Source of the DNA: a virus
Taxonomy: Duplodnaviria > Caudoviricetes
Length of the DNA stretch: 33,600 nt
Direction: 5' to 3' (one strand)
Virus record (IMG/VR): IMGVR_UViG_3300017721_000918
Location: 1-33,600 of that record
The notes below the pieces were generated by a model, which saw only the letters and a list, made by a program, of their open reading frames with translations, ran no database searches and was not told where the DNA came from. Shown here piece by piece: positions 26,364 to 33,600 of this stretch. A program made the position numbers and the translations under genes. Every line of letters begins with the position of its first letter. The first letter of the stretch is position 1.

Positions 26364-26600
26364 TTACTTCTTAGTATAGATATGATACAAGATCCAAATT
26401 GCCACTAAACCTAGTAATCCTTGATCACTAAATCCAGACAGTAGTCCTTGTATATTTCCTATCACTGAGATGTCTGGCCAAAACGGGATGCCTTGACCAT
26501 TGAATAATACCTCTAGGACTATGCCTAAAGCTATTAAGGATACACCGACATCTGCTAGTGTTGATGCCCATGATTTGATGTTTTTTAATATATCCATCAT
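26364..26600 (-). CDS. Small two-helix membrane protein
   Basis: AAGGAG SD; GVSLIALGIVLEVLF and GLLGLVAIWILY. Confidence 0.8.
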   Translation of the reverse strand: MMDILKNIKSWASTLADVGVSLIALGIVLEVLFNGQGIPFWPDISVIGNIQGLLSGFSDQGLLGLVAIWILYHIYTKK

Positions 26601-26717
26601 CTTCTCCTTTACATGACATTAGTGTCATCAATGTATATTGTACACTAGATCTAGTTCAAAAACTACCTTATTTGGTTCTAATAACCAAAAATACAGGAAA
26701 AAAATTACAAAATTTTA

Positions 26718-27755
26718 TTAAATTAGCACAAATCCACTAGGAAACAGTTGGTCAACTGTCATTATTTTGTGCTGTGTTAATCCGTAGAATTTAGAAAAAA
26801 CACCCACGGTGCCCATGGCTGGATCACCATTGTTGAAAGATTCTGAACCGTATAATTTTTTCAATTGTGTGTTTCTGTCACGCCACATTTCAACAAACTT
26901 GTCAGGAGATTCTTGTATGGCAAGATGATCTTTGTTGTTGAACTGACCACTGACTGACAACTGTTTAAGTGGATAAGGATTGTCGGTGTATCTTCCGATT
27001 GCACGATTCCAAAAATCTTGATGTTCATTATAGTTGGTCACGTGATTGTATTCTTTCACATCTTTATGTTCAATTATCTGCTCCATAACCATTTGGCACT
27101 GCTTCCTATAAATCAACGGATTGTCACAGAAGAAATTTATTTGATGTGGTTGGTGCGTGAATTCTACGTCTAAGATGTAGGCGTACCATTCATCGTCCAC
27201 AAAACATAATTTTGGTTTTTCTTTGCCAAATATATGAGCAACACCATCAGTATTATGATGTTGTAGATTTTCAAAATGATTATTCAATCTAAAATGATGC
27301 CAAAAATCGTTTGCAGTTCCTAATTGTTCATTCTGTTCAACATAAAATTTATGGTAATAATTCATGTCGGGATGTTTGACAGTGGTTTTAATTCCTGTTG
27401 ATCTTGCAAACGGTAGAGCATAGTCATCAATTTCAAAATCAGCAGACGCAAATCCACTTTTGACCAAAATTAATTCGTCCACTTTAATATTATTATTGAT
27501 AAAAGTTTGTAGGACATAATGGCTATCAGATCCTCCACTGTACCATATGACAACTTTCTCATGAGTGTCACGGATCTTTTGTGCTTCTTGTTTGCATAAC
27601 TCACCAAGGGTTGAATTGTCCTGTGTACTGAAATCTGTGTTGTCGTATTCTGCAGGTGTGTTAAAATATAGTCCAGCCTTTGATAATCTCTGTTCTTGCA
27701 GAGCTTGTAATTTATTATAAAAGTGTTTGCCGTTGCATTCTAAAGACCAATTCAT
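26718..27755 (-). CDS. PP-loop (adenine nucleotide alpha-hydrolase-like) hypothetical protein
   Basis: VVIWYSGGSDS motif; ATGA coupling to the upstream aminotransferase. Confidence 0.65.
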   Translation of the reverse strand: MNWSLECNGKHFYNKLQALQEQRLSKAGLYFNTPAEYDNTDFSTQDNSTLGELCKQEAQKIRDTHEKVVIWYSGGSDSHYVLQTFINNNIKVDELILVKSGFASADFEIDDYALPFARSTGIKTTVKHPDMNYYHKFYVEQNEQLGTANDFWHHFRLNNHFENLQHHNTDGVAHIFGKEKPKLCFVDDEWYAYILDVEFTHQPHQINFFCDNPLIYRKQCQMVMEQIIEHKDVKEYNHVTNYNEHQDFWNRAIGRYTDNPYPLKQLSVSGQFNNKDHLAIQESPDKFVEMWRDRNTQLKKLYGSESFNNGDPAMGTVGVFSKFYGLTQHKIMTVDQLFPSGFVLI

Positions 27756-28843
27756 GCATAAAACTTTCTAACCAAATCTATAACTTGATTTCGTTCTTCT
27801 ACAGTCAAAAACGGACTGCAAGGCAAAGACACAGACTGACTGGTAATCTGTTTCGTGATTGGCAATTCTTTGTCAGCTTTGGTTGAAAAAGAATATTCAT
27901 GCAGACCTACTGGCCAATGTATTAAACTTTCTACATCATGAGAATTCAAATATTCTCTTAATTCATCACGTTGTTCCACCAACACAGAATATAGATGATA
28001 AGGATGGTAAGTGTCATTTTGTTCCTGCGGAATGTGTTTTACAATTCCTTCTAGAGCATTGTTATATACTAAAGCATGAGTACGTTTCCTATCATTCAGT
28101 TCATCTAGATAAGGCAGTTTTGCTAATAAGAAAGATGCTTGTAATGAATGCATGTTTCGATTCCAGCCAAGAGTTTTGTATTGATCTCTTGCAATTCTTC
28201 CGTGGTCACGTAATTGTCTTGCTTGATCACAAATTGTCTTAGATGCTGTGATGCCTCCTGCTCCACCTATTGCACCCAATGGTTTGACTGGACCAAAACT
28301 AAAGCAAGTGATATCAGCCAAACTGCCGACCTTCTTGTTTTTATAACTTGCACCTGCTGAAGGGGCCGCATCTTCGATGGTCATTATGTTATGTTTTTTT
28401 GCAACCGCAATTATCTTGTCTATATCTGGTGTTTGTCCATTGATGTCTATCCACACTATTGCCTTTGTTTTGTCTGTGATACATTCTTCAATTGCATCTT
28501 CGTTGATACAATAATCTGACAGTTTGCTATCAACATATTTTATAGATGCACCGGCGTGTGCAAAAGGACCTATGGATGCAATAAATCCATGTCCTGGCAT
28601 TATGACTTCATCACCCGGTTTCAACTCAGCAATCATGGCGGCAGTATGTAGAGCATCTGTGCCGCTAGTCACAGCACAACAATCTTCTGCACCTGTGTAA
28701 TCAGACCATTGTGTTTCAAATTCTTTTACAGATGATCCTCTTAGATAACAAGATTCATCCAGGGTATTTTGATATGCTTGGTCTAGATCTTTTTTTATGT
28801 AAGAAGATATTCTGTGCAAATCATGTATTTTAATTTTGCCCAT
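27752..28843 (-). CDS. DegT/DnrJ/EryC1/StrS PLP-dependent sugar aminotransferase
   Basis: SGTDAL, GDEVI.P, TKAI, IEDAA, CFSFGPVKPLGAIG.AG, LRDHG, SLP; likely start ATG 28843. Confidence 0.93.
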   Translation of the reverse strand: MGKIKIHDLHRISSYIKKDLDQAYQNTLDESCYLRGSSVKEFETQWSDYTGAEDCCAVTSGTDALHTAAMIAELKPGDEVIMPGHGFIASIGPFAHAGASIKYVDSKLSDYCINEDAIEECITDKTKAIVWIDINGQTPDIDKIIAVAKKHNIMTIEDAAPSAGASYKNKKVGSLADITCFSFGPVKPLGAIGGAGGITASKTICDQARQLRDHGRIARDQYKTLGWNRNMHSLQASFLLAKLPYLDELNDRKRTHALVYNNALEGIVKHIPQEQNDTYHPYHLYSVLVEQRDELREYLNSHDVESLIHWPVGLHEYSFSTKADKELPITKQITSQSVSLPCSPFLTVEERNQVIDLVRKFYA

Positions 28844-28889
28844 ACTGATAGTTATTGCACCCATACCGCATTGATGCTACAATTAGAGC

Positions 28890-29588
28890 ATGGACACAGT
28901 CATAATCATTCCTGCACGAATGGCCAGTACCCGAGCACCAGGCAAACCCTTGTGGAAAAAGGATGGACGCACCTTGATAGAACATGTGTATCGCAAATGC
29001 ACCATGACAGGGTGGGATGTCGCTGTGGCAACTGATCATAAAGATATTGCAAATGAAGTTGATTCTTTTGGTGGCAAAACCATTATGACATCAGTTAACA
29101 ATGCCACAGGTACTGATAGAGTTGCAGAAGCAACTAAGTTCCAAGATTACAAATATGTGATCAATGTGCAAGGGGACATGCCCTACATACATCCTAAACA
29201 GATCATAGATTGTCAATCAATTGTAAAGTTATACGATGTTGGCACATTAATATATGATATGGATCCTGCAGAATTGACTAATCCCAACTCTGTGAAATGT
29301 ATTGCTGTAAAACAAAAGCCAGAAATAATCGCAGATACCTATGAATGTAAATGGTTTGGTAGAATGGCAGTTGAGTATGGATATCATCACGCAGGCATTT
29401 ATGCCTACCAACGAAATGCCCTGCGTGATTATGCAAAACTATCAGTAGGCAAATACGAAGACATCGAAAAATTAGAACAACTGCGTTGGTTAGAAAATGG
29501 ATTCAGAGTGTTTGCCAAAAAGACAACACCTATCGCTGGAGAAATTAATACTCCTAAAGATTACGATAATTGGATTGCAACTAATTAA
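28890..29588 (+). CDS. kdsB: CMP-Kdo synthetase (3-deoxy-manno-octulosonate cytidylyltransferase)
   Basis: IIPARMASTR.PGKPL, VATD, TGTDRVAE, INVQGD, H.GIYAY, E.LEQLRWLENG. Confidence 0.92.
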   Translation: MDTVIIIPARMASTRAPGKPLWKKDGRTLIEHVYRKCTMTGWDVAVATDHKDIANEVDSFGGKTIMTSVNNATGTDRVAEATKFQDYKYVINVQGDMPYIHPKQIIDCQSIVKLYDVGTLIYDMDPAELTNPNSVKCIAVKQKPEIIADTYECKWFGRMAVEYGYHHAGIYAYQRNALRDYAKLSVGKYEDIEKLEQLRWLENGFRVFAKKTTPIAGEINTPKDYDNWIATN

Positions 29589-30805
29589 GATTCTGTTGCC
29601 CAGTTCTTAGCGGCATTAAAGTTCTGCCTAGAAAATGTTAATCTATCTACAAGTTTAACTGCTTGACCATCATTGTCTATCGCCACATAGCCTTCTGGAT
29701 TGGTCACTTCGTATCCTGTGTCTGTCTTAATAAATTGTTTTGTGGATTTCACAGAGTTGATCTGTTTGAGTATTTCATTTTTTACAGCAATGGTCCTATT
29801 GTGTATATTCAGTATATTTTCTACACCTTTTGCATTTTCGGAAAACAGTTTGCCCATAAGTGCAACCATTTCGTCACGTTTGTCTTTGGCTTTGTCTGTC
29901 TTGAGTTTGTCTTTGGCCTGTGCTTGAACATCTCTGTAATAGTTTAAAAATTGTTGCATCATTTCTTTACCACTCATTTGCAATTTGTTACCACGCACCA
30001 ATTTATTGATGAACTGTAACATGTAAGTTGTAAAGTCTTTGTTGGTGCTCAGTTTCATCCATAGTGGCATAGGCACTTGCTCTACCAATTGTGCAATTTG
30101 ATCTACTTTTGTTTTTACTGCTAGAGTTTGTTTACTGCTGAATGTGGCTGTGCCTGACAAATCCTTGTAGTAAGCATCATCGTACCAAACATTGCCATTC
30201 TCTCCAAAGCCACTTACATCTACACCAAACTCTGCATTCATTGTACCAAATGTGTCTCCTGAATATTTTGTGTGAAAAACTATTCCTATCTTTGACTTGG
30301 TGATCTTGTCGTATAACTCTGATCCTTTTTGTACAGCATAGGTTATGGTGTTAGGAGTGAATGTTAAAAACGCTTCACCATCAATACGTTCAGGTTTCAA
30401 ATCGCCCGGAGTGTACATCAAGTCTCCTTGTACAACACCATCTATGTTTAAATTTTGTAGATACCTATGGGCATACTTTAATTTTTTGTTCAATCCGCCT
30501 GCAGGATGATTACGATCAATATCTTCAAATGTGTAATTGACTTTTGGCGTTTTTGCAAACACACTTTTAGTTCCTACAAACCATTTGCCATTTAATGGAT
30601 CCTTGCCACACACTATTGCAGGGGCACCATCCCACTTGACTGTGACTTTGACGTTGCCTTCTGTGGATCCACCCAACATGTCAACAAGTCCATAAAGATA
30701 TCTCACAGCAGATTTGGCCCCTACCATACCATTGCGGATGATGTCCTCTTCAATGTGATAAAGATGAACGTTTGCTTCTTCGGTAATAAATTGATTATAC
30801 TTCAT
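29585..30805 (-). CDS. T4-like-phage protein with ATP-dependent ligase/nucleotidyltransferase motifs (DUF6267-like)
   Basis: VTVKWDGAPA (KxDG), VQGDLMY, NPEGYVA, VKLVDR; MKYNQFITEE leader. Confidence 0.75.
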   Translation of the reverse strand: MKYNQFITEEANVHLYHIEEDIIRNGMVGAKSAVRYLYGLVDMLGGSTEGNVKVTVKWDGAPAIVCGKDPLNGKWFVGTKSVFAKTPKVNYTFEDIDRNHPAGGLNKKLKYAHRYLQNLNIDGVVQGDLMYTPGDLKPERIDGEAFLTFTPNTITYAVQKGSELYDKITKSKIGIVFHTKYSGDTFGTMNAEFGVDVSGFGENGNVWYDDAYYKDLSGTATFSSKQTLAVKTKVDQIAQLVEQVPMPLWMKLSTNKDFTTYMLQFINKLVRGNKLQMSGKEMMQQFLNYYRDVQAQAKDKLKTDKAKDKRDEMVALMGKLFSENAKGVENILNIHNRTIAVKNEILKQINSVKSTKQFIKTDTGYEVTNPEGYVAIDNDGQAVKLVDRLTFSRQNFNAAKNWATES

Positions 30806-31040
30806 CTTTTCTATCTAGGCTATTGTAGAACTTCTTTTCGTTGAGTGTTCTGATAGAATTTGTAAATTTTTTATGCAGATCTTGAGCCTCTTCAAAGGAA
30901 TACACTTGATAGAATTCTTTGATAGTGTTGATTGCACCTTCTAGCACATGTTGACTCTTTTCTTCAACAATGTTCTTGCGAGTAGTACCCGGGGCACAGG
31001 TTGCTATTTCTTCTAAAATTGATCTGGTATTCCGTTTCAT
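30795..31040 (-). CDS. Hypothetical late protein
   Basis: TRSILEEI..F.NSIR; TAAATA 5 nt upstream. Confidence 0.7.
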   Translation of the reverse strand: MKRNTRSILEEIATCAPGTTRKNIVEEKSQHVLEGAINTIKEFYQVYSFEEAQDLHKKFTNSIRTLNEKKFYNSLDRKDEV

Positions 31041-31045
31041 AAAAC

Positions 31046-31065
31046 TATTTAACTAGTTATAAATA
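31046..31065. promoter_or_regulatory. Back-to-back T4-type late promoter motifs
   Basis: TAAATA on - (31046-31051) and TATAAATA on + (31058-31065) between divergent genes. Confidence 0.7.
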
Positions 31066-31073
31066 TTGATAAC

Positions 31074-31877
31074 ATGAATTATAACTTAAAAAAGCCAATT
31101 TGCCAAATGGAACAGTCAAAAAGATCAGGACTGTTTGCAAGATTGGCAGAAATTGCTTATGCAGACAAGAAAGAAGCCACTGCATATGCCAAAGCATTAG
31201 GATTCACAAAGACACAATTTTTTGACAGAGATGGTGCTCAAGCATACCTATTTTCCAACAAAGATGACTGTGTGGTTGCTTGTAGAGGCACACAACCTAC
31301 AGAATTCAATGATGTCAAGGCAGATTTGAATGCACTGATGGTGGATGCTGAATTGGGTGGCAAAGTACACAAAGGATTCCAAAATGAAGTGGATGACTTG
31401 TGGCCTAACATGCAACCAGCAATCCTAAAACTGGGTGCCAAAAAAACTTATCAAGTGGACATATGGTTCTGTGGACACTCGTTGGGTGCCGCAATGGCCA
31501 CCATAGTTGCTTCAAGATGTTATGAAGATGAGGATTGTCCTAATCCACAAGAACTGTACACATATGGTTCACCCAGAGTGGGCAATAAAAAATATGTACA
31601 AACACTCAAGGTTATCCATCACAGATATCAAAATAACAATGATGTGGTTACCAGAGTTCCATTATGGATAATGGGGTACAGACATGATGGCATACATCAT
31701 TACTTCAATTGCAATGGAATTGAAAAGAAATTGACTGGTTGGGGATATGTAGTAGACAGGCTGACTGGTATATGGCGTGGACTATTAAAACTATCTTTTG
31801 ATTCATTTTCAGATCACAACATCACAACTTACGCAGAACAGTGTGAGGGTGTATTAGTCTTAAAAAAAAGAGTTTAG
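31074..31877 (+). CDS. Class 3 lipase (alpha/beta hydrolase)
   Basis: RGT, VHKGF, GHSLGAAMA, YTYGSPRVGN, DVVTRVP, and a late His (DH). Confidence 0.92.
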   Translation: MNYNLKKPICQMEQSKRSGLFARLAEIAYADKKEATAYAKALGFTKTQFFDRDGAQAYLFSNKDDCVVACRGTQPTEFNDVKADLNALMVDAELGGKVHKGFQNEVDDLWPNMQPAILKLGAKKTYQVDIWFCGHSLGAAMATIVASRCYEDEDCPNPQELYTYGSPRVGNKKYVQTLKVIHHRYQNNNDVVTRVPLWIMGYRHDGIHHYFNCNGIEKKLTGWGYVVDRLTGIWRGLLKLSFDSFSDHNITTYAEQCEGVLVLKKRV

Positions 31878-32264
31878 ATGTCTAACTTAAAAATTGTAAG
31901 AGTTACAATTTCTAATGGACGTAAAATAGGCATCACAGAATCATACGATACAATCAATATTGAAAATAATCAAATTGTTGAACAAACAAGTGATAAAATA
32001 CTTCCCAACAAAACTGAAACTATCTTTTTAACATGTATTGATAAATTAATTGCTTGGTATAGAAGAGGAGTTGCAGTTGGCAGATATAATAAAAAACCTG
32101 CTAATACAGATCCAATCAACCCTAACTTTCCTGCTAAAAAGGCTCGCAGAAGAAAATACAGACAGGAAATTGAACACAGTGATTGGTTCATGGGTTGGGA
32201 ACACTACAGAAAAAATGTAAAGTTATTTCATCAACTTCCGGGCATAAAAAAAGACTGGGATTAA
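31878..32264 (+). CDS. Hypothetical protein
   Basis: ATG directly after the lipase stop. Confidence 0.6.
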   Translation: MSNLKIVRVTISNGRKIGITESYDTINIENNQIVEQTSDKILPNKTETIFLTCIDKLIAWYRRGVAVGRYNKKPANTDPINPNFPAKKARRRKYRQEIEHSDWFMGWEHYRKNVKLFHQLPGIKKDWD

Positions 32265-32265
32265 A

Positions 32266-32508
32266 TTATGAATAATCTGGTAGTGGGCCGCCGTATGCTT
32301 TGCCTTTGATCTTCTTGCCACCCACAGTGACTCGCTTCTTGCCAACCTTGTGACTCTTCTTGCCAGAGCGTCCTCTGATGCCCTGTGACTTGCATGATGC
32401 TAACCATGACGCAGGCAGTTTGTGATCTGGTGTGCTTGACCTACATACCTTGGCAGGAGCCGCCCCTATGGCTTCCGCTGGCGTTAAGAATAGTTCCATT
32501 ACATACAT
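32266..32508 (-). CDS. Small basic protein with two Cys
   Basis: K/G-rich, ends YGGPLPDYS; TAAATA 5 nt upstream. Confidence 0.7.
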   Translation of the reverse strand: MYVMELFLTPAEAIGAAPAKVCRSSTPDHKLPASWLASCKSQGIRGRSGKKSHKVGKKRVTVGGKKIKGKAYGGPLPDYS

Positions 32509-32573
32509 ATCTATATTTACACTAGGCCTCGCTATTAGGTTCTACAAAATGTGTGTAGGCCCCGCTATTGGAT

Positions 32574-32918
32574 CTATCGTTTTTTTCCTAAGCCTTTGAT
32601 TTTGCTACGTTTTCTTGCCGAACCTGCTCTTGCTTTGTTTGTTTGACGTATGATGCGTGAAGCCGCCGATGTTCTCATGGTTCGTGAACGTTTGAATGAT
32701 GCTTGACCGCTTTTTCTTTGACGTGTCTGTCTTGCTTTGATTCTTTTAGCCATGTCAATTGGTTTGGTGCAAGTGGCCGGGTCAGCAACTACTCTGCCTT
32801 TACGTGGGCCTGATGTGCATCTAAACTTTCTTGTAGTACCACCGGATCTGGTACGTCCTAACACTCTGCCGCCTACTTCAGTTACCACTTCAACGTCATA
32901 TAATTCAAACAGTCTCAT
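32574..32918 (-). CDS. Small very basic protein, paralog of 24092-24376
   Basis: Start ATG 32918 (MRLFEL), TAAATA 5 nt upstream; RKFRCTSGPRKGRVVADPATC. Confidence 0.75.
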   Translation of the reverse strand: MRLFELYDVEVVTEVGGRVLGRTRSGGTTRKFRCTSGPRKGRVVADPATCTKPIDMAKRIKARQTRQRKSGQASFKRSRTMRTSAASRIIRQTNKARAGSARKRSKIKGLGKKR

Positions 32919-32929
32919 GTCAGTATTTA

Positions 32930-32985
32930 ACCTTTCAACGCACACCTTTCAACGCAATGGTTTCAACGCACACCTTTCAACGCAC
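32930..32985. repeat. Four tandem 14-bp repeats (ACCTTTCAACGCAC)
   Basis: Core TTTCAACGCA at 32933, 32947, 32961 and 32975. Confidence 0.9.
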
Positions 32986-33050
32986 TATGGCTGATACTGT
33001 GCAGATTGCTCCGAGAAGACAGACCAGGAAAAATCTGCAGGTCGAAGGGG

Positions 33051-33118
33051 TGTTGCCCAAAAGCCACACCTGTGGCAAAAATGCCACACCTCAATCCATG
33101 TTGCAAAAATGCCACACC
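33051..33118. repeat. Three 18-bp imperfect palindromes TGTKGC-N6-GCCACA, each followed by CC
   Basis: Copies at 33051-33068, 33071-33088 and 33099-33116. Confidence 0.8.
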
Positions 33119-33230
33119 ACGATCCTAGGCATCTGCACCACTTCACGAGACCTCCACGACTCTATGTCTCTATGATATTACCAGAAACAAAATCAGTCAA
33201 CCCCGTCTATGACCCGCGGTAAGTATGGTT

Positions 33231-33600
33231 ATGACCACTATCATTATTCTGCCCACTGACACTCAACAAATGGTTGCCAAAATAATAAATGATCAAACAA
33301 GATTTGCCATATTGCCCGATCATTTTCCAGGCAACCCTATGGGGTATGGTGTTGAAGATCACAGTTCGCATTGGTTAATTGATATGATAGAACAGTTTCC
33401 TGCCTGTACTTTTATATTGGCTTCTAGAGTCGCAGGCATAAACCATCCTAATGTCTTTGTGATACAGACCTGTCTGCTGAATGAAGTGTTCCATTTTGAT
33501 TATGATTATGAACCTGATTGGTCACACAGAGAATTCACTGCCAGCATCATTGGGGGACAAACCAGAATCAACAGAACAATGGCGTCTTTCTGGTTGGCAA
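33231..33600 (+). CDS. Hypothetical protein, 3' end runs off the window (not in the ORF track)
   Basis: Hand-translated open frame MTTIIILPTDTQQMVAKIIND...GGQTRINRTMASFWLA; TAAGTA just upstream; an alternative start lies at 33225. Confidence 0.65.
   Translation, partial: MTTIIILPTDTQQMVAKIINDQTRFAILPDHFPGNPMGYGVEDHSSHWLIDMIEQFPACTFILASRVAGINHPNVFVIQTCLLNEVFHFDYDYEPDWSHREFTASIIGGQTRINRTMASFWLA

Noticed and set aside
28814-29039. Two short Cys/His-rich ORFs overlapping the kdsB start
   Set aside because: They are alternative-frame or antisense overlaps of kdsB and the aminotransferase start.
32930-33118. Possible CRISPR array
   Set aside because: The repeats are only 14-18 bp, and are contiguous or irregularly spaced with no spacer-sized unique sequence.
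32957-33175. 72-aa ORF across the repeat region
   Set aside because: It runs through 14-bp and palindromic DNA repeats that do not keep codon phase, and has no SD or promoter; probably spurious.
1-33600. Stop-codon reassignment as seen in some large phages
   Set aside because: Recognisable genes are full length in the standard code, and TAA, TAG and TGA all serve as stops.

Overview
AT-rich (roughly 35% GC, by eye), gene-dense segment of a large T4-like (jumbo-type) myovirus genome. The host is most likely an aquatic alphaproteobacterium, inferred from an alphaproteobacterial-type two-piece tmRNA. From left to right: (1) a tightly coupled + strand operon encoding two secreted curlin-like repeat proteins, a FecR-domain protein, two small membrane/secreted proteins and a CHASE2 transmembrane class III adenylate cyclase, which looks like a phage-borne trans-envelope cAMP signalling system; (2) a - strand translation/proteostasis block (radical SAM, clpS, hsp20 with tandem ROSE-like thermometer hairpins, ribosomal protein bS21, clpX) and, about 4 kb further on, a circularly permuted tmRNA whose tag ends in LAA; (3) class Ia nrdA/nrdB split by a glycosyltransferase-like gene; (4) a beta-helix tail protein, a PD-(D/E)XK exonuclease and late/virion genes behind TAAATA promoters, many apparently leaderless; (5) sugar/surface genes (DegT-family aminotransferase, kdsB), a KxDG ligase-like protein, a class 3 lipase, small basic proteins and a repeat-rich non-coding stretch at the right end. 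All family assignments come from motif recognition by eye; no database search was run.
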